From NCBI RefSeq assembly GCF_001194135.2, contig NC_068983.1, positions 161,692,910 through 161,756,909 of the forward strand: a DNA stretch of 64,000 nucleotides, given 5' to 3'. The translations under genes and the position numbers were made by a program. Below, in pieces: positions 13,332 through 28,000 of this stretch. The stretch comes from Octopus bimaculoides. Lineage: Eukaryota. Under the pieces are notes generated by a model. That model had not been told where the DNA came from. It saw only the letters and a list, made by a program, of their open reading frames with translations, and made no database searches. The first letter of the stretch is position 1. Each line of letters opens with the position of its first letter.

Positions 13332-13582
13332 TGGCACGTAAAAAACACCATTTTGAGTGTGGCCATTGCCAGTACCGCCTGACTGGCCCTAGTGCTGGTG
13401 GCACGTAAAAGCACCCACTACACTCTCAGAGTGGTTGGCGTTAGGAAGGGCATCCAGCTGTAGAAACTCTGCTAGATTAGATTGGAGCCTGGTGCAGCCA
13501 TCTGGTTCGCCAGTCCTCAGTCAAATCGTCCAACCCATGCTAGCATGGAAAGCGGACGTTAAACAACAATGATGATGATGAT
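13332..13582 (+). repeat. Representative of ~30 copies of an RTE-tail SINE-like family
   Basis: Core AAAAAGCACCC..TACACTCT..AGTGGTTGGCGTTAGGAAGGGCATCCAGCTGTAGAAAC...CCAACCCATGCYAGCATGGAAA.CGGACGTTAAA-(GAT)n recurs on both strands across the window. Confidence 0.9.
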
Positions 13583-13614
13583 AAACTAAAAAGAGGAACA
13601 TTTGAAGAACTTAC

Positions 13615-13689
13615 CTGTTCATGCAAATGGTGTAACTGCCGGTACCGTACTGTACAGTGGAAAGCACCATTGATGTGGATGTTAAAGGC
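13615..13689 (-). CDS. SNX17: SNX17 exon 2, PX domain (AFNIHINGAFHCTVRYRQLHHLHEQ)
   Basis: 75 nt, CAG acceptor and GTAAGT donor; matches the PX motif YNIHVNG..HC.VRY.QL..LHEQ. Confidence 0.96.
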
Positions 13690-16600
13690 CTGAAAAGGGG
13701 AGAAAATTGGAGGTTATTGTCTAAACTGTACAAGGCAGTGAGCTGGCAGCACCGTTACCATGCCAAGCAAAATGCTTAGCTGCATTTTGTCTGTCTTTAC
13801 GCTCTGAGTTCAAATTCCGCTGAGGTTGACTTAACCTTTTGTCCATTCAGGGCAAATGCTGGCCAAAATTTGAAACTATTAATTAACCGTATAGTAACAT
13901 TCAATCAAGTCAGAAAATTGTTTGTAAATATATGGGGTTTTTTTTTTTGTGATGTGGTTTATTGATCACAACATATCACCAATTTTTACAATTTCATGTA
14001 TTTAGTAATACTTCAGAAGATCCAAATGTGAAGAGTAAACAAGTTATTACTCCATCTTATTCTACTTCCATTCCAATAATAATAATAATAATGGCTTCAA
14101 ATTTTGGTACAAGGCCAACAATTTCAGGAGAGGGGACAAGTTGATTACATCAACCCTGGTGTTCAACTGGCACTTATTTTATAAGCCCCCAAAAGGATGA
14201 AAGGCAAAGTTGACCTCAGTGGAAATTGAAATCAGAATGTAAAAACAGATGAAATGCTGCTTAGCATTTTGCCCAGATTGCTAATGATTTAGCGAGCTCA
14301 CTGCTTTGAACGATATTAATATTAATAATGGAACTGATGATGGTGAGAGTTCATGAAACAAATTTAACACTGTGTCTGCCAAAAATATCCACTCCTATTT
14401 ATAAGTTTACCGCTTGAAGACAGAAATAAATAAACACACAATCTATGATGGTAATCTTAATATATAAATCTCTCATTTCCTCTCTCTTATTAAGTGTTTT
14501 GAAGTTTTAGACTAATTGAAAACTTGATGTTTGTGTAAACAGAAATCATTTGGAGACGATGAGAAATTGGATAAAATATATTTTAAAGCTGAGGTTTTCT
14601 TTTAATATTTTTTATTTGAGTTTAAATTTCATTTACAAGTTTTGAAATATTTTGGTTTCACAAAACAGTTCATTTTTATGAATTCAAGATACAGAAACTG
14701 ATTTTAAAAAAGAAAAGAAACTATTTTCATTTTTGCACTGCAAGACACATATTTAATCAGCTCATATTTAATTAGCTACACCAGCAGCCGTTCTGAGTGT
14801 AATTAGCTGAAGAAATAAACTGCTCTCCAATGGAATTTAAAATGTAGAGCAAGTCAGATTACTTCTTCAAGTGACAACTAATCTTGTTTTAAGTATCATT
14901 AGCAATTGATAACAGTGCTAGGCTCTAGAGAAATAAAAATGTTTGCGATAACATATAATGACACCTATTAGTTTATAAAACACAAGCCTGTTATGTACAC
15001 AACTCTCTCTCTCTCACACTAATTTACAAACAAGAGACAATGAGAGACAGTAAAAACCACAATACAATATTTATTAACTGATAAAAACCAGTTAACTCTT
15101 TGGTTTATACAGAACATGCCACATTACCTGATTATTTTGGTGAATTTCCTGAAATTGATGTTCTGAGAATAAATATTAGTAACATCATTATTACTGACTA
15201 GAAATCTTTGAAACATGGAGAAAAACAAAAAATAAACAATTGGGTTTATTAAACGAGTTTTCTAAAACATATTTTTTCTTATTCTTGGGCAAAATTTTCA
15301 AATTTCTGAAGTGGGTCCCACCACCACCACCAATTTTTAAGGAAATCAATAAAAAGAAAAACATTTTGAATTTGTATTTTCTGGTAAATCTGGTACTCCC
15401 TGTCTGCTGATCCAATCAACAGAATAGCTGACTTGTGAAATTAATATGCAAGTGGCTGAGCACTCCACAGACATGCACACCTTTAATGTAATTCTCAGGA
15501 AAATTCAGTGTGACACAGAACATGACAATGCTGGCCCTTCAAAATACAGGTACCACTCATTCTTCCCAGCTGGGCAGACTGGGGCAACATGAAATAAAGT
15601 ATCTTGCTCAAAGACACAAAGCACTACCAGGGATTGAACCTTTGATTTTAAAATCAGAAGCTAAATACACTAACCACTAAGCCATGTATCTTAATTTTTT
15701 TTTTCTTTTTGCTGGTAAATTGGGTAAATATTATGGAAACAAAGACTGCATTGTTGACATTCTTACAACAGCAATGGACGTCGGGGTAGTGGGTAGTAAT
15801 TCTTACCCAGCTTGTAAATACAGGCAAAGAAATTAGACAAAGATAGATAGTTTTTCGAAACTTGGCCTGAATTCAAGCAGGCAGGTTATTCCTAGATGCC
15901 CAAAATCTAAATCTGCAATATTTCTCAAGACAAACTAAACATCTATTGCTTACAATGTTCAATTCATTTTACATCAGACTGGAGTACACGTCCCCTATCC
16001 TCCAAATGGCCTTTCACCTTGATATTCAGATTTTTTGGTTATGGAGTCAACCAGCTGAATGTTCCAATGAATTCAGGGCACAATTTCTCATCAGAGCTGT
16101 GACAAGCCATCATCATCACCATCATTTAACGTCCATTGTCCATGCTGGCATGGGTTGGACGGCTTGACCAGGGCTGGCATGCTGGAAGGATGCACCAGAC
16201 TCCAGTCTGATTTGGTATGGATTTCTACAGTTGGATGCCCTTCCTAATGCCAACCACTCCTAGAGTGTAATGGGTGCTTTTACATGCCACCAGCATGGAT
16301 GCCATTTGCATGACACCAGTGTCTGCCATGACTGCGATTTTGCTCAGCTTGATGGGTCTTCTTTTCAAGCACAACATAATGCCAAAGGTCTGGGTCATCG
16401 CCTCTGTGAGGCCCAATGCTTGAAAGGAAGTCAGCCACTTTGCTTCCATGAGGCCCAACACTCGAAAGGTGCTCTTCTTATCAACCTGATACAGTGGTGG
16501 TGTTTTGCCACAAGAGACAAACCTGGCCCACACAAACATCTTTACAGTCAGTTTTCTTAACTATAAATGGCTACATTAACAATGTTGAAGATTAGAAAGC

Positions 16601-17724
16601 TGATTGTTCAAATCAATGCCACCGACATACCCTGTAGAACAGGGTATTTCAACCCATTTATGTTCACAGGAATCACGGCTCTGTTTCTGTGATATCTGTG
16701 GTTGTTACAAAATAAGATTGGTTTTTGCCACACCAGACAAGAACAGTGTAATACAATGACAAAACATTCTATCTGATTCTCCTCATGAATAAGTCATCAT
16801 CATCATCGTTTAACGTCCACTTTCCATGCTAGCATGGGTTAACCCCTCCAATTTGTAGCAACAGTTCCTTTGAAATGTATGCCATACTACAGCAACTACT
16901 CAGCCAATAAAATAAAATCAATCAGTTTAATTGTGCATAATTCAGTATAACAACCAGGCAGTTGATCAAGCTCTCAACTATATTTTCATCTACCTGTGCT
17001 CCTGTGTAGATCTCATTGTAAACAATGGACCAATTCTGTCCTTCACATTGTAGAAAAGATACCAAACCCTACTTGGTGGTACAATTGTATATTTCTGAGA
17101 TGAGGAAATTTATGTATCAAGTTACATTAATTGGAGCGAAAGCAATAATTAAAACAAGGACACAACTCTGACTCATGTAAAATAATACAAATTCCTCATC
17201 TAAGAAATCATTATCATCATCATCGTCATTTAACGTCGGCTTTCCATACGGGCAAGGGTTAGATGGTTTGACTGAGGACTGGTAAGCCAGAAGGCTGCAC
17301 CAGGCTCCAATCTGATCTGGCAAGGTTTCTACAGCTGGATGCCCTTCTGAATGCCAACCACTCCTAGAGTGCAGTGGGTACTTTTTACATGCCACTGGCA
17401 CAAGGGTCAGTCAGGCAGTACTGGCAACGGCCACGCCTGAATGGTGCCTTTTACATGCCACCAGCATGGGACCAGTCAGCCGGTACTAGCAACGACCACA
17501 CTCAAATGGTGCTTCTTACATGTCACTGGCACGGGACCAGTCAGCCAGCACGGGCATCAACCATGCTCAAACAGTGTTTTTTATGTGTCACTGGCACAGG
17601 AGCCGGTGAGGCAGCACTGGCAAATCAAGCGGCACTGGCATTGTATTATGCAATTGGTACGGAGCCAACATAAGACATTAATGGGGGCTTATAAGCCTTA
17701 AAAATTCATGCTGACACTGCCTCC

Positions 17725-17900
17725 AGGGATAGTGAAGTGGATAAAGGCATTGGTTAATGCAGTGCAGTCATGTAGTTCAATCCTAGATAAGGGGTACTCA
17801 GGTGAATCACAAGACAGCTGAAGAAGGCTGGAGAGTCCACCGCCAAAACGTAATGGAAGCAACAATCAAGATGAGGACACCAGTGTGACTAATGTAACCG
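17725..17900 (+). mobile_element. Diverged copy of the tRNA-head plus hammerhead family
   Basis: A/B-box-like head (17729-17784); CUGAAGA-A-GGCUG...CGCC-AAAAC-GUA (17818-17852); shares the tail AACAATCAAGATGAGGACA. Confidence 0.6.
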
Positions 17901-20619
17901 ACTTGCCAGACTCCTCTCTTGTACTTTGTATATTGCCATATGGACACAGCTCTTTCTGTGGGATGCATACCCTGGTCCAACAAAAGATGTTGAAATAGTA
18001 GAAACTAAATTTGGACTCTACTTGTAGATCTTGTTCTTAAAAACAGTCAAATCCAGATTTGTTTAACCTTTCTCAAAACCCAACCAAAACCAAAGTGGGT
18101 ATGTGATCTTGTGATTACATAGAAAAAAAACCCATTTTCATATAGGTTCTTGAATAAAAAAAAAACAGGCTTTTGGTTCATCTTTGAGAACTTGCTTTCA
18201 TGGTTGTTAGGTTTGTTTGCCTTTGCTGCAGTAGCCTGATGTCTGGCTTTTGTAACAAACAAGTTGAAAAGTTCTTCTGTCTAAAAGATTCCAAAGAATT
18301 CTTTTGATTTAAGGTACTCATTGAAATTTGGAGAAGATCCTCCTACTTGGGACAACATCTTGGACAAATATATGCGGACAAAAAAAAGCAGCATCAGAGT
18401 ACCATTCTTGTGACAAGCCTGTCTTCTACCAGGACAATTATACCCTCTTATTTATGCTTGGTCTGCATCACTACTACTCCTCCGGTGATGGATATAATGA
18501 GAAAAGTGGAGTTGGAGGATATTACAGAGGTAGCAATAAGGGGAAGTCCGATCAAATGAGGATGAGGATATATATACGGCAGTGAAACACAGGTGCAGGG
18601 TATGGGGATGTAGTTAAGGAGAGCACAATCAAATAGTCCCACACAAGACAGCACCTTAGTCAAGTGTGAATAACCATAGCCTGGGATAAATTGGATAGAT
18701 GGAAATTGTATGGAAGCCTGTCAGACTGTACCTGTTTTTAGGTAGTCGACTTAATCTGGTCCTTGACTACCTTAAGCAAAGTCTAATTTGTGGTAAACAT
18801 TCAGGCTACATCACATCATCATTGTTTAAACATCCATTTCCATGCTGGCATGGGTTGGATGGTTTGACTGAGGACTGGCAAGCCAGGAGGCTGCACCAGG
18901 CTCCAAACTGATCTGGCAAAGTTTCTACAGTTGGATGCCCTTCCAAACACCAACCACTCCAAGAGTGTAGTGGGTGCTTTTTACGTGCCACCAGCACAGG
19001 AACCAGTCAGGCAGCACTGGCGTCGGCCACGTTCAGATGGTGCTTTTTACGTGCCACTGGCACAGGAGCCAGTCAGGGGGCACTGGCATTGACCATGTTT
19101 GGATGGTGCTTTTTATGTGTCACGGCACAGGAAGCCAATCAGGCGACACTGGCATCGACCCACGCTTGAATGGTGCTTATTATGTGCCACCAGCACAAAA
19201 GCCAGTCAGGTGGCACTGGCATCGGCCACAACTACAATTTCCATTTTAATTTCGATTTCACTTGACTCAATAGGTCTTCTCAAGCACAGCATATTGCCTG
19301 ACAATTCAAGGCTACTTTTAAATGGGCTGGTTATGTGACACTGGTATTGGCCCCAGCTGCAATCTCACTTAACTTGTCGGGTCATTGGCCACAATTTCGA
19401 TTACACTTGGCTCAACAGGTGGTCTTCTCAAGCATAGCATATCGCCTGCATTAATGTGCTGCTTCTGACCACAGCAAGCCATAATATATGCTTTCTTCTT
19501 CTTCTTCCTCCCATTCTACCAGCCCTTTCTCTTCCCATTAATCTCTTATTTTAAAGAGAAAATTTAAAACCTCCAGAAACATGAGTAAATAGCTTATAAA
19601 AAGCACCATTTGAGCGTGGTTGTTGACAATGCAGCCTGACTGGCTCCCATGTCGGTGGCACGTAAAAAGCACCATCTGAACATGGCCGATGCCAGTACCA
19701 CCTGATTGGCCCTCGAGCTGGTAGCACATAAAAAGCACCCACTACACTCTCGGAGTGGTTGGCATTAGGAAGGGTATCCAGCTGTAGAAACCTTGCCAGA
19801 TCAGATTGGAGCCTGGTGCAGCCTTCTGGCTTGCCAGTCCTCAGTCAAACTGTCCAACCCATGCCAGCATAGAAAGCGGACGTTAAATGATGATGGTAAA
19901 CCTGCTATTGTAAAACAAAATACAGTCAACAAAATCAGCCTCAAAACAACACTGCTTTTTATTATATTACTGCAGAATAACAACAAAAGTGACCTCAATG
20001 CAAGTGAAATACAAAACCTAAGAAAAGAAAAGTCAACAGACTTTGTTGAGAGGCAATCCTGGTTTTGTAACATTTTCTACATTAAAAGTATAAGACTATG
20101 ATTTATAAAGAAGAGATAAGATGAGATGATAGTCATGCTTTCTCAAGAACATGAAGGGTGTAAAACAGCCTCATCCAGGAAACAAAACCAGGTTCAGACT
20201 AAGTTTGTACAAAAACAGCACTGTTTACCTTCAATATTAGCAAATGATTTGACCTTGTCTAGCAGGAGACTCTCGTATTACAACAGTCTATCAATCAACT
20301 TCCTGTTTAACATACTTTAACAAAACTTGTTTTTGATTTCTCACTTGTTATGACATAGGATTGCCTCCTCAATAAATTCTTTCTTTTGTTAACATACAAC
20401 TATTAAAACTCATATCCTTGCTTGATAATGACCCCACTTTAAACTAAAAGCTATCCTTATTGATAGTCAAGGCTGATTTACATTTTTTCACCTCTGCTTC
20501 CAACTGCGCCAGACTACCGCTTGTCTTGAGTTTAAGATAGCCAAGAGACAATAGCCACCTACAGAACCAATAAGTTAAAAAATACAATTTTATACAAGCA
20601 AGGTTTGAACTTATAAACT

Positions 20620-21415
20620 TTAAGTCTCCTGACTGCTGAAGACATGCATAGGCTTGAAAGAAATGAAGCTAGCATGATCCGCTGGATGTGTAATGTCAAT
20701 GTGCACACACGACAGAGTGTAAGCACGCAGAGAGAAATATTGGACATAAGAAGCATCAGACGTGGCATGCAAGAGAGACGTTTGCGCTGGTATGGTCATG
20801 TACTGCAGATGGACGAGGAGAGCTGTGTGAGGAGGTGCCACTCCCAAACAGTGGAAGGAATCCAGGGTAGAGGGAGACCCAGGAAGACATGGGATGAGGT
20901 GGTGAAGCACGACCTTCGAGCATTGGGCCTCACAGAGGCACTGACAGGGTACCAAGACCTCTAGAGGTATGCTGTGACTGAGAGGACCCAGCAAATAAAG
21001 TGAATTCACAGCTGTAACCTACACCAGTGTCGCATAACCAGCCCACTCAAAAGTACATCAACATCAAATCAAATGGAAATTGTAGTTGTGACCCCCGTGC
21101 CAGTAGCACATAAAAAGCACCATCCAAACATGGCCGATGCCAGTGCCGCTTTGACTGGCTTCCATGCCGGTGGCACATAAAAAGCACCATCCAATCATGG
21201 TCAATGCCAGATCCTCAGACCCATGTGCCAGTGGCACGTAAAAAGCACCCGCTACACTCTCAGAGTGGCTGGTGTTAAGAAGGGTATCCAGCTGTAGAAA
21301 CACTGCCAGATCAGATTGGGGCCTGGTGCAGCCTCCTGACTTCCCAGACCCCAGTCAAACCGTCCAACCCTTGCCAGCATGGAAAACGGACGTTAAACAA
21401 TGATGATGATGATGA
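20620..21415 (+). mobile_element. RTE-clade LINE 3' end running into the common (GAT)n-tailed repeat
   Basis: ORF RLERNEASMIRWMC...QERRLRWYGHV...GRGRPRKTW. Further RTE pieces at 11030-11350 (-), 21790-22310 (+), 25480-26030 (-), 26430-27200 (+), 32200-32510 (-), 49020-49215 (-) and 49930-50290 (-). Confidence 0.9.
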
Positions 21416-24400
21416 CTCTCTTAATTTGACATAAATTCAACCTACATCTTAATAATATTTAACTTGTTGGAACAAGTTTTATAAACTGGTTAGAGCTGAA
21501 CCAGTAAAACAAAAGTTTGTCATCATGTAACAAGCCAAAACTGATTCAGTTTAGTTAACATATCCAATCCAACTTGGTTGATTAAACACTGAAAATTGAG
21601 TGATTAACCTTTGTAATTAACAATTATTAAACAGTGAATCTAATGAAACATAGTACTTGACTGTTATTAAATGAAGGTGTACCAGGAATGAATAATAGCA
21701 TGTTATTTAATGCCAGACAAATGAAAGGCAAACATCAACCTCAATAGGACTTAATATAAAGTACGTAAAATACCACAAGACATTGTGTATGGTGCTCTAC
21801 TGATTCTACTTGTTGAAAAGATGCAGCCCTCTTTAAAATGTCATCTATGAATAGGATGAAGAAAGGTCTCTCTCTCCAAGTGAAGGGAAGATTGTATGAT
21901 GCATGTGTATGAACTGTGATGCTGCATGGCAATGAGATGTGGGCCCTAAATGTGTAGGGCATGTGAAGGCTGAAGAGGAATGAAGCTGGTATGCTTTGCT
22001 GGATGTGCAGTGTAAGTGTGCATGTGTGACAGTGCACTGGTGTATTGAGAGGGGAGTTGGGCATAAGAGGAATCATGTACAGTGTGCAAGAGAGGAGGCT
22101 GCACTGGTTTGGTCATGAGATGTGGGTGGATGGGGACACTTAAAGTGGAGGGAACTTGTGGAAGAGGGAGACCTAGGAAGACAGGGACAGAGTATTGAAG
22201 ACTGATCTCAAAACACTTAGCTTTACAAAGGAGATAACAGAGGACTGAGATATGTGGTGCATTACTGTATTGAAGAAGACCTGCCCACCACAGCAGAATT
22301 GAGATCCTAAAACCAAGGTGCCACATAAAAAGCACCCAGTACACTCTGTAAAGTGGTTGGTGTTAAGAAGGGCATCCAGCTGTAGAAAACATGCCAAAAC
22401 AGACTATGGAACCTGGTGTGGCCCCTGGCCTTGCCAGTTCCTGTCAAGCCATCCGACCCATGCCAGCATGGAAAACAGACGTCAAATGGTGGTGGTGGTG
22501 GTGCAAGGCTGTGGCCTTTAACTTGGCACCTACAATCACTTTTATGTTTACATATATAAATCACAACCTAATGCAAATTATAAACATTAAGATATTAACA
22601 GGTTTCCTTTCTGAGATATTTTAAAAGATTGTTAAACTTTTTGAACAGAAGTGAATATTATTTAATAGTATTTTTTATTTTTATGATAAAGCATAAAATT
22701 AATGAAGAAATTATCTAAGTTTAGAAAAAAAATTACAGTTTAGACCAATGTTTCCAAATCAGAATATCACAATATCTAGAGGCGTCACTAAAATTCTTAG
22801 ATTTACATCACGAGTAAAATTATGAAGTTCAGCGTGTTTAAGAATGTTTAAAAGTTGAAGAAGAAGTGGGTGTGTCATAGATGTTGGTGTCGTTTTGTGT
22901 CTTGAAACAATGACCAAGAAGTTGGTTTATAAATACACTGGGAAGGAATGACTTTTCTTGTAATTAGGTGATACTTTTGTCAAACCTTGGAATTTAAACC
23001 AAATTATGACAAAGCAGCTAAGTATATTTAATAGATGAATGAATAAGGAAATTATAATTTAAAAAAAAACCACGACGACTATAAAACATATCGAGAGGAG
23101 AATGAGTAAATTGTCGATATTCTATTTTGATTTTAAATTTAAGAAATACAATTATTATTGAAGTTCTGCATAGATTACATCAATTTTATTTAATGAAATC
23201 GAATAATGCAGTATCAATTAAAAACTGAAAAAGAATCTAGGATTTTAGTCATGAAAAATGTATATAAAATAACAAATTCAGCTTCAACATTGGTCTTTAA
23301 AATACCTTCAGTTGCCAACTAAGATTTTTTTCCTCAAGAAATTATGTCATAGACTAAGAAATAAACCTTTTGGAATTAAGTGTCTGCCAACTGAAGAGGC
23401 TAATTAAATAATGTCACTAATAACGAGCCAAATAAATAGGACTTCGCCAAAAAGATACCAGTACAGCACCTCTTTTGCATTCCATACAATCGTCCGTTGC
23501 CCAAAGACAATCGATAATCTTCTGGAATTCAAATGATTTATATGAAATAAGAGTTGATCAGTCAGTCGAAGACAATACACTAATAAACTGATTAGATTAA
23601 TTATCGAAAGGTGTAATTGCAAATGAGTGAGATAAAAAATGTTTCAACACACACACACACATGTATGTGCGTATGTGTGTGTGTGTGTGTATAAGAATAT
23701 AGAAGCAATGACGAATACTTTTTTAATAGGCACAAAATTAATTTTATATATGCGATCTGTTTTATCAACAGATCTCTGTAATGACCAGAAACGATGTCGA
23801 AGTTGATATTAGAAACTGAAGGCCAACAAATGGATCGCAATTGCTGTTTGTGGGTAAAGGCCACCAAAATAATAAATGATGTGTCATATATCTACAGGAA
23901 AGGAAATAATATAGGAGGGTCATGACTTTACTTTAGACCCGGTGAGAACTGAAACCCCAGGCCGCAATTTCGACAGACCGGCAAACTGGTTTAAGTCTTC
24001 GATACACTTTTTAGGTTTGCAAAGGATTGGAAATGAAATAATGTAATATTTATGATGGTTAAGGTCAAAGTTAGAGTCGAACCCCGGGAAGTTGGCTTCG
24101 TTCACCTCGGCAGACTTTATTTGTAAGAAATAAGGACGAAAAAAACAGAAGAAAGGGTAAATTCTTTAGAGAAACCATATATTTTGAAATAAAATAAATA
24201 ATACCGACACGGAATAAGATGAAAGAGGGAAAACTTGAAAAGGCAATTAGTAAATGAATGAATATATTAAATGATTGTACAACTGAAAGAAAAGCAGAAA
24301 TGCTGACAATACTTTCGACGATTGATGGGGGTTGAAAAAGTTGGAAGAAATGGTCAAAGGATAAGAAAAAAAGTTATTAATATAAGGAAGAGTTAGTTAA

Positions 24401-24762
24401 TCAATATTATATAGCTATATAAAAAGATAGTTTTAAATATTTCACATAACAACAACAATGTTTATCAATCGAAATATGTCATTAGCCATAAATTCTCGAT
24501 ATTAAATTTCACTGAAGGAGATTTAAAATAAGATCTAACTTATTTCTCTAACATGTTGTTGTCATAAAAGACATTTCTTGGAGATCTTTTCTTTATTTAA
24601 TGTTTTTTAGAAAGATTTTCTGAAACTTTATGTTGACTGGTTCTGTTAACAATAGAATTTGTAGTTAGAAATTTATCTATTGAGCATATTTCTAAATGAA
24701 AAGCCGTAATAAACAGCTGTGGAAGATTGTCAACGCCCTGTTAAATGGTTTTGGTTACTTAC

Positions 24763-24828
24763 TGTGTAGGTCCCTGTTCCATCTTTGTCTTGGAATTCTT
24801 TTGTGTCAGGGATAGACAGATGCATCAT
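24763..24828 (-). CDS. SNX17: Sorting nexin-17, coding exon 1 (MMHLSIPDTKEFQDKDGTGTYT)
   Basis: Translation resembles the SNX17 N-terminus MHFSIPETE. Two tandem ATGs (24828, 24825); GTAAGT donor at 24762; phase 0. Confidence 0.93.
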
Positions 24829-24939
24829 GGAAAGACAACAGAAAGCAAACGAGATTTCGGAGCGAAAAGCAATGTAAAATTAAACGTAATATGTTGGAAA
24901 GTTCTGTGAAAGTAAGCCGTAAATAATCAAGTTTGTTTC

Positions 24940-25015
24940 AATAATTGACGTCGCGGCCATCAGCTGCCGTTCGGCTTGTCGCCATTAGCAGTTATGTCCC
25001 CTTGACGTCAGCGCC
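24940..25015 (-). promoter_or_regulatory. SNX17 proximal promoter: perfect CRE TGACGTCA (25003-25010), CRE-like TGACGTCG (24946-24953), YY1-like GCGGCCAT (24953-24960)
   Basis: Motifs read directly, in a locally CpG-rich patch 120-180 nt upstream of the ATG. Function is inferred. Confidence 0.6.
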
Positions 25016-28000
25016 CCCTACTGGCACTGCGACTCACAACAACTTTTATCTTGAAATTTGTTGTCATCATACTCACTCACTTATGATGGCTTAAGTTACA
25101 CTTTACATACTGCGATATATCAATGCAAAATAAAAACGTCTAACTTATAAATGTAGAAATGTCTGGCAAACATCATCATCATCATTTAACGTCCATTTTC
25201 CAGGCTGGCATGGGTTGGACGGTTTGACAGGAGCTGTCCAGACTCCAATTGTCCGTTTTGGCATGGTTTCTATGGTTGGATACCCTTCCTAACACCAACT
25301 ACTTTACAGAGTGTGTTAGGTGCTTTTTATATGCCACTAGCACAGGTATGTTTTCACAGTACCGGAATGAATGCATTTTATGTAGCACCAGCATGGGTGC
25401 TTTTTAAGTGGCACTGGCACCGGAAAAGACAAACCTGTATGTATAGATGACTGTGATTTTACTCAGCTTGACGTGTCTTCTCAAGTACATCAAATTGCCA
25501 CATCTCCCGGTCCCTTGCCATTTCCTCAGTGAGGCCCAACATCTGAAGATCCTTTCTCACCACTTTGTCCCACGTCTTCTTGGGTCTACCCTTTCTTCAC
25601 GTTCCCTCCACAGTTACAGATCAGCACTCTTTAAGCAGCTGTCCTCATCCATATGCATCACGTGACCAAACAAGCACAGTCTTCTCTATTGCACACAACA
25701 CCTGATGCCTCTTATACCCAGTTTTCCTCTTAAAATCATTTACACTCTGTCGTGCATACACACTGACATTACCCATCCAGTGGAGCTTGCTAGCTTCATT
25801 TCTTTCAAACCTTCGTAAGTCCTCTGTAGCCAAAGCTCATGCTTCACTGCCATGTAACATAGCTGCATGTACACAATCATACAATCTGCTTTTCAGTCTG
25901 AGGGAGAGGCCCTTTGTTAATAACAAAAGTAGAAGCTCTCTGAACTTTACCTAGCCTGTTCTTATTCTAGTAACTACACGTTCAGAACTTCCTTTTCCAC
26001 TTCTAACGTGGTCACCTAGGTAACAGAAACTATAAAGACAAAAATAATTTTAAAATGGAGAAGACAAATTCAGAAAAATGAATATTCAAACACTTTTCCT
26101 GGACCATAGCAGACAATATTTTCATTTTACTGCAAAGCATTTTTATCTATCACGCTTTTGGCTACTAGAATGGCTGGTATATCTGCTAACAAAAATCTTA
26201 GATAAAGCAATTGAAGATAAGGAAAGCTCTTGAACCATCAGGAATTATTACTGAGATGCTTGAAATATCTGGCAGTATGACCAAATCACCCACAGAGTCA
26301 CTCAGGTTGGATAGGAAGGTGTCATATCCAATGACTGGCACAAAAATATCATAGTCAACTGTTACAAGGGTAAAGGGGACACTTGAGGGAGAGATAAGAG
26401 AGATAAAGTCATGAAAGTAACAGAAGTTCTAGTTTTGATTATTTAGGGAAAGACTTTGACTAGATGAAAACAATTCAGTTTTGTGTCAAGAAGAAGTACT
26501 ACTGATGCTATCTTTCTAAAAAAACAGTTGCAAGAAAATATTTAGCCACTGTACTTTGTCAACCTGAAGAAAGCCTTTGAAAGGGTCCTACACTCTCTTA
26601 TATAAACTACATACAAAGGTTTTGTTAGTCAGTTGAAAGCTTGCAATGAGTACAGCAACGAATTTAGTGGCAAGTAGCTCATCAGGGTTCAATTCTCAGT
26701 CTTTTCCTAATCATCATAGTCCTCCAGGCCATAACAGAGGAGATTAAGACCAGGTGCTAGTGGGACCTACTATATGTTAATGACCTCATTTTTATCACTG
26801 AATCTGTAGAAGAATTATAAATGCTACATAATAGTGAAGCATGGTCTTTGACTGCAAAGACTAGAATGAAATGCTTTGCTGGATGTGCAATGTCAATGTA
26901 TATGAATGACAAAATGGTAAGAGAAAAACTGGACATAGGAGAAATCAGATGTAGGGATCAAGAGAGAAGACTATGGTGGTATAGATATGCAATGTGTAGG
27001 GATGAAGGACAACTGTAAAAAAAAATTCCATTCACTTATATGGGACGGAACCTGTGGAAGTAAAAGAACCATGAAAACAATCCTGAGATCATGAAATAGT
27101 GAAGGTTGATCTCAGGAGTTTGTGTTTCATGAAGGAAATTGCTAAAGACCAAGGTGACTGGCAATATATGGTTCTTGAGAAAACCCATTCTTTACAGTAA
27201 AACTGAGGTTCTGGAAGTATAATGTGGCTCTGCCACACAATTTGTCCCAGTTATGCCTTCTCCACCATCCTCTCATTGCCCTATTACTGATTTCTCCATC
27301 ACTCTTCTAATTCCTGCAATGTTCTGCTGCTGTACCTAAATGAGACCAGAACTACATATCCCATCATCCTTTGCAGAACTACCAGTCATCTCAATCTGAA
27401 CCCAAAACCATTCTCTTTCACATCCATCCTTCATTCTTAACATCTTCCTTTCCCACGACATTTCTGTTATCTTCCCATCTCACTGGAACCACTTCCTGTT
27501 GACTGGTCCCAATGTTTTTATGACCACTTTCACCCTTATCATCATACATTTCCCATTCTCCTCACACACTCTCACAACACACCCATCCACTTATCATTTC
27601 TCTTTCCCTCATCCTTCCTCAGTCTGCCATATTACTATTTCACTGCTCTTTGCCCTTTCTCTACAGCCAGTCATCACCTCTTTTACCCTAATTTTCCCCC
27701 AATTCATATTACTCACTTCTCCATCTTTTTTCACCATTCACTACATTCACCACATCCCTTCCTCCACCTCTTATCATCCTTCACTCTCCTCACTCTCTTC
27801 ACACACACCCTCTCACTCTCCTCATACACTCCTGCAACTTCTTCCTGCTCACTCTGACACCTTATTATCACCATCTTCATCTCTCTGGCTTCATTCTAAT
27901 TCCTCCCACCCACTCTTCTAAGTTGTAAGTTGCCATGTCATTCCTTAACAGCAAGAAACCTGTTTTGGCCCCTTTTTCCATGCTTTAGATTCTCGTCCCC

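Noticed and set aside
14334-14365. CTGATGA...GAAAC spacing resembling a hammerhead
   Set aside because: No credible stem II, no GUH triplet after GAAAC, and no stem I.
18328-18700. Gly/Tyr-rich short ORFs suggesting a captured gene fragment
   Set aside because: No recognisable family, no convincing splice sites, and flanked by repeats. It cannot be supported without a search.
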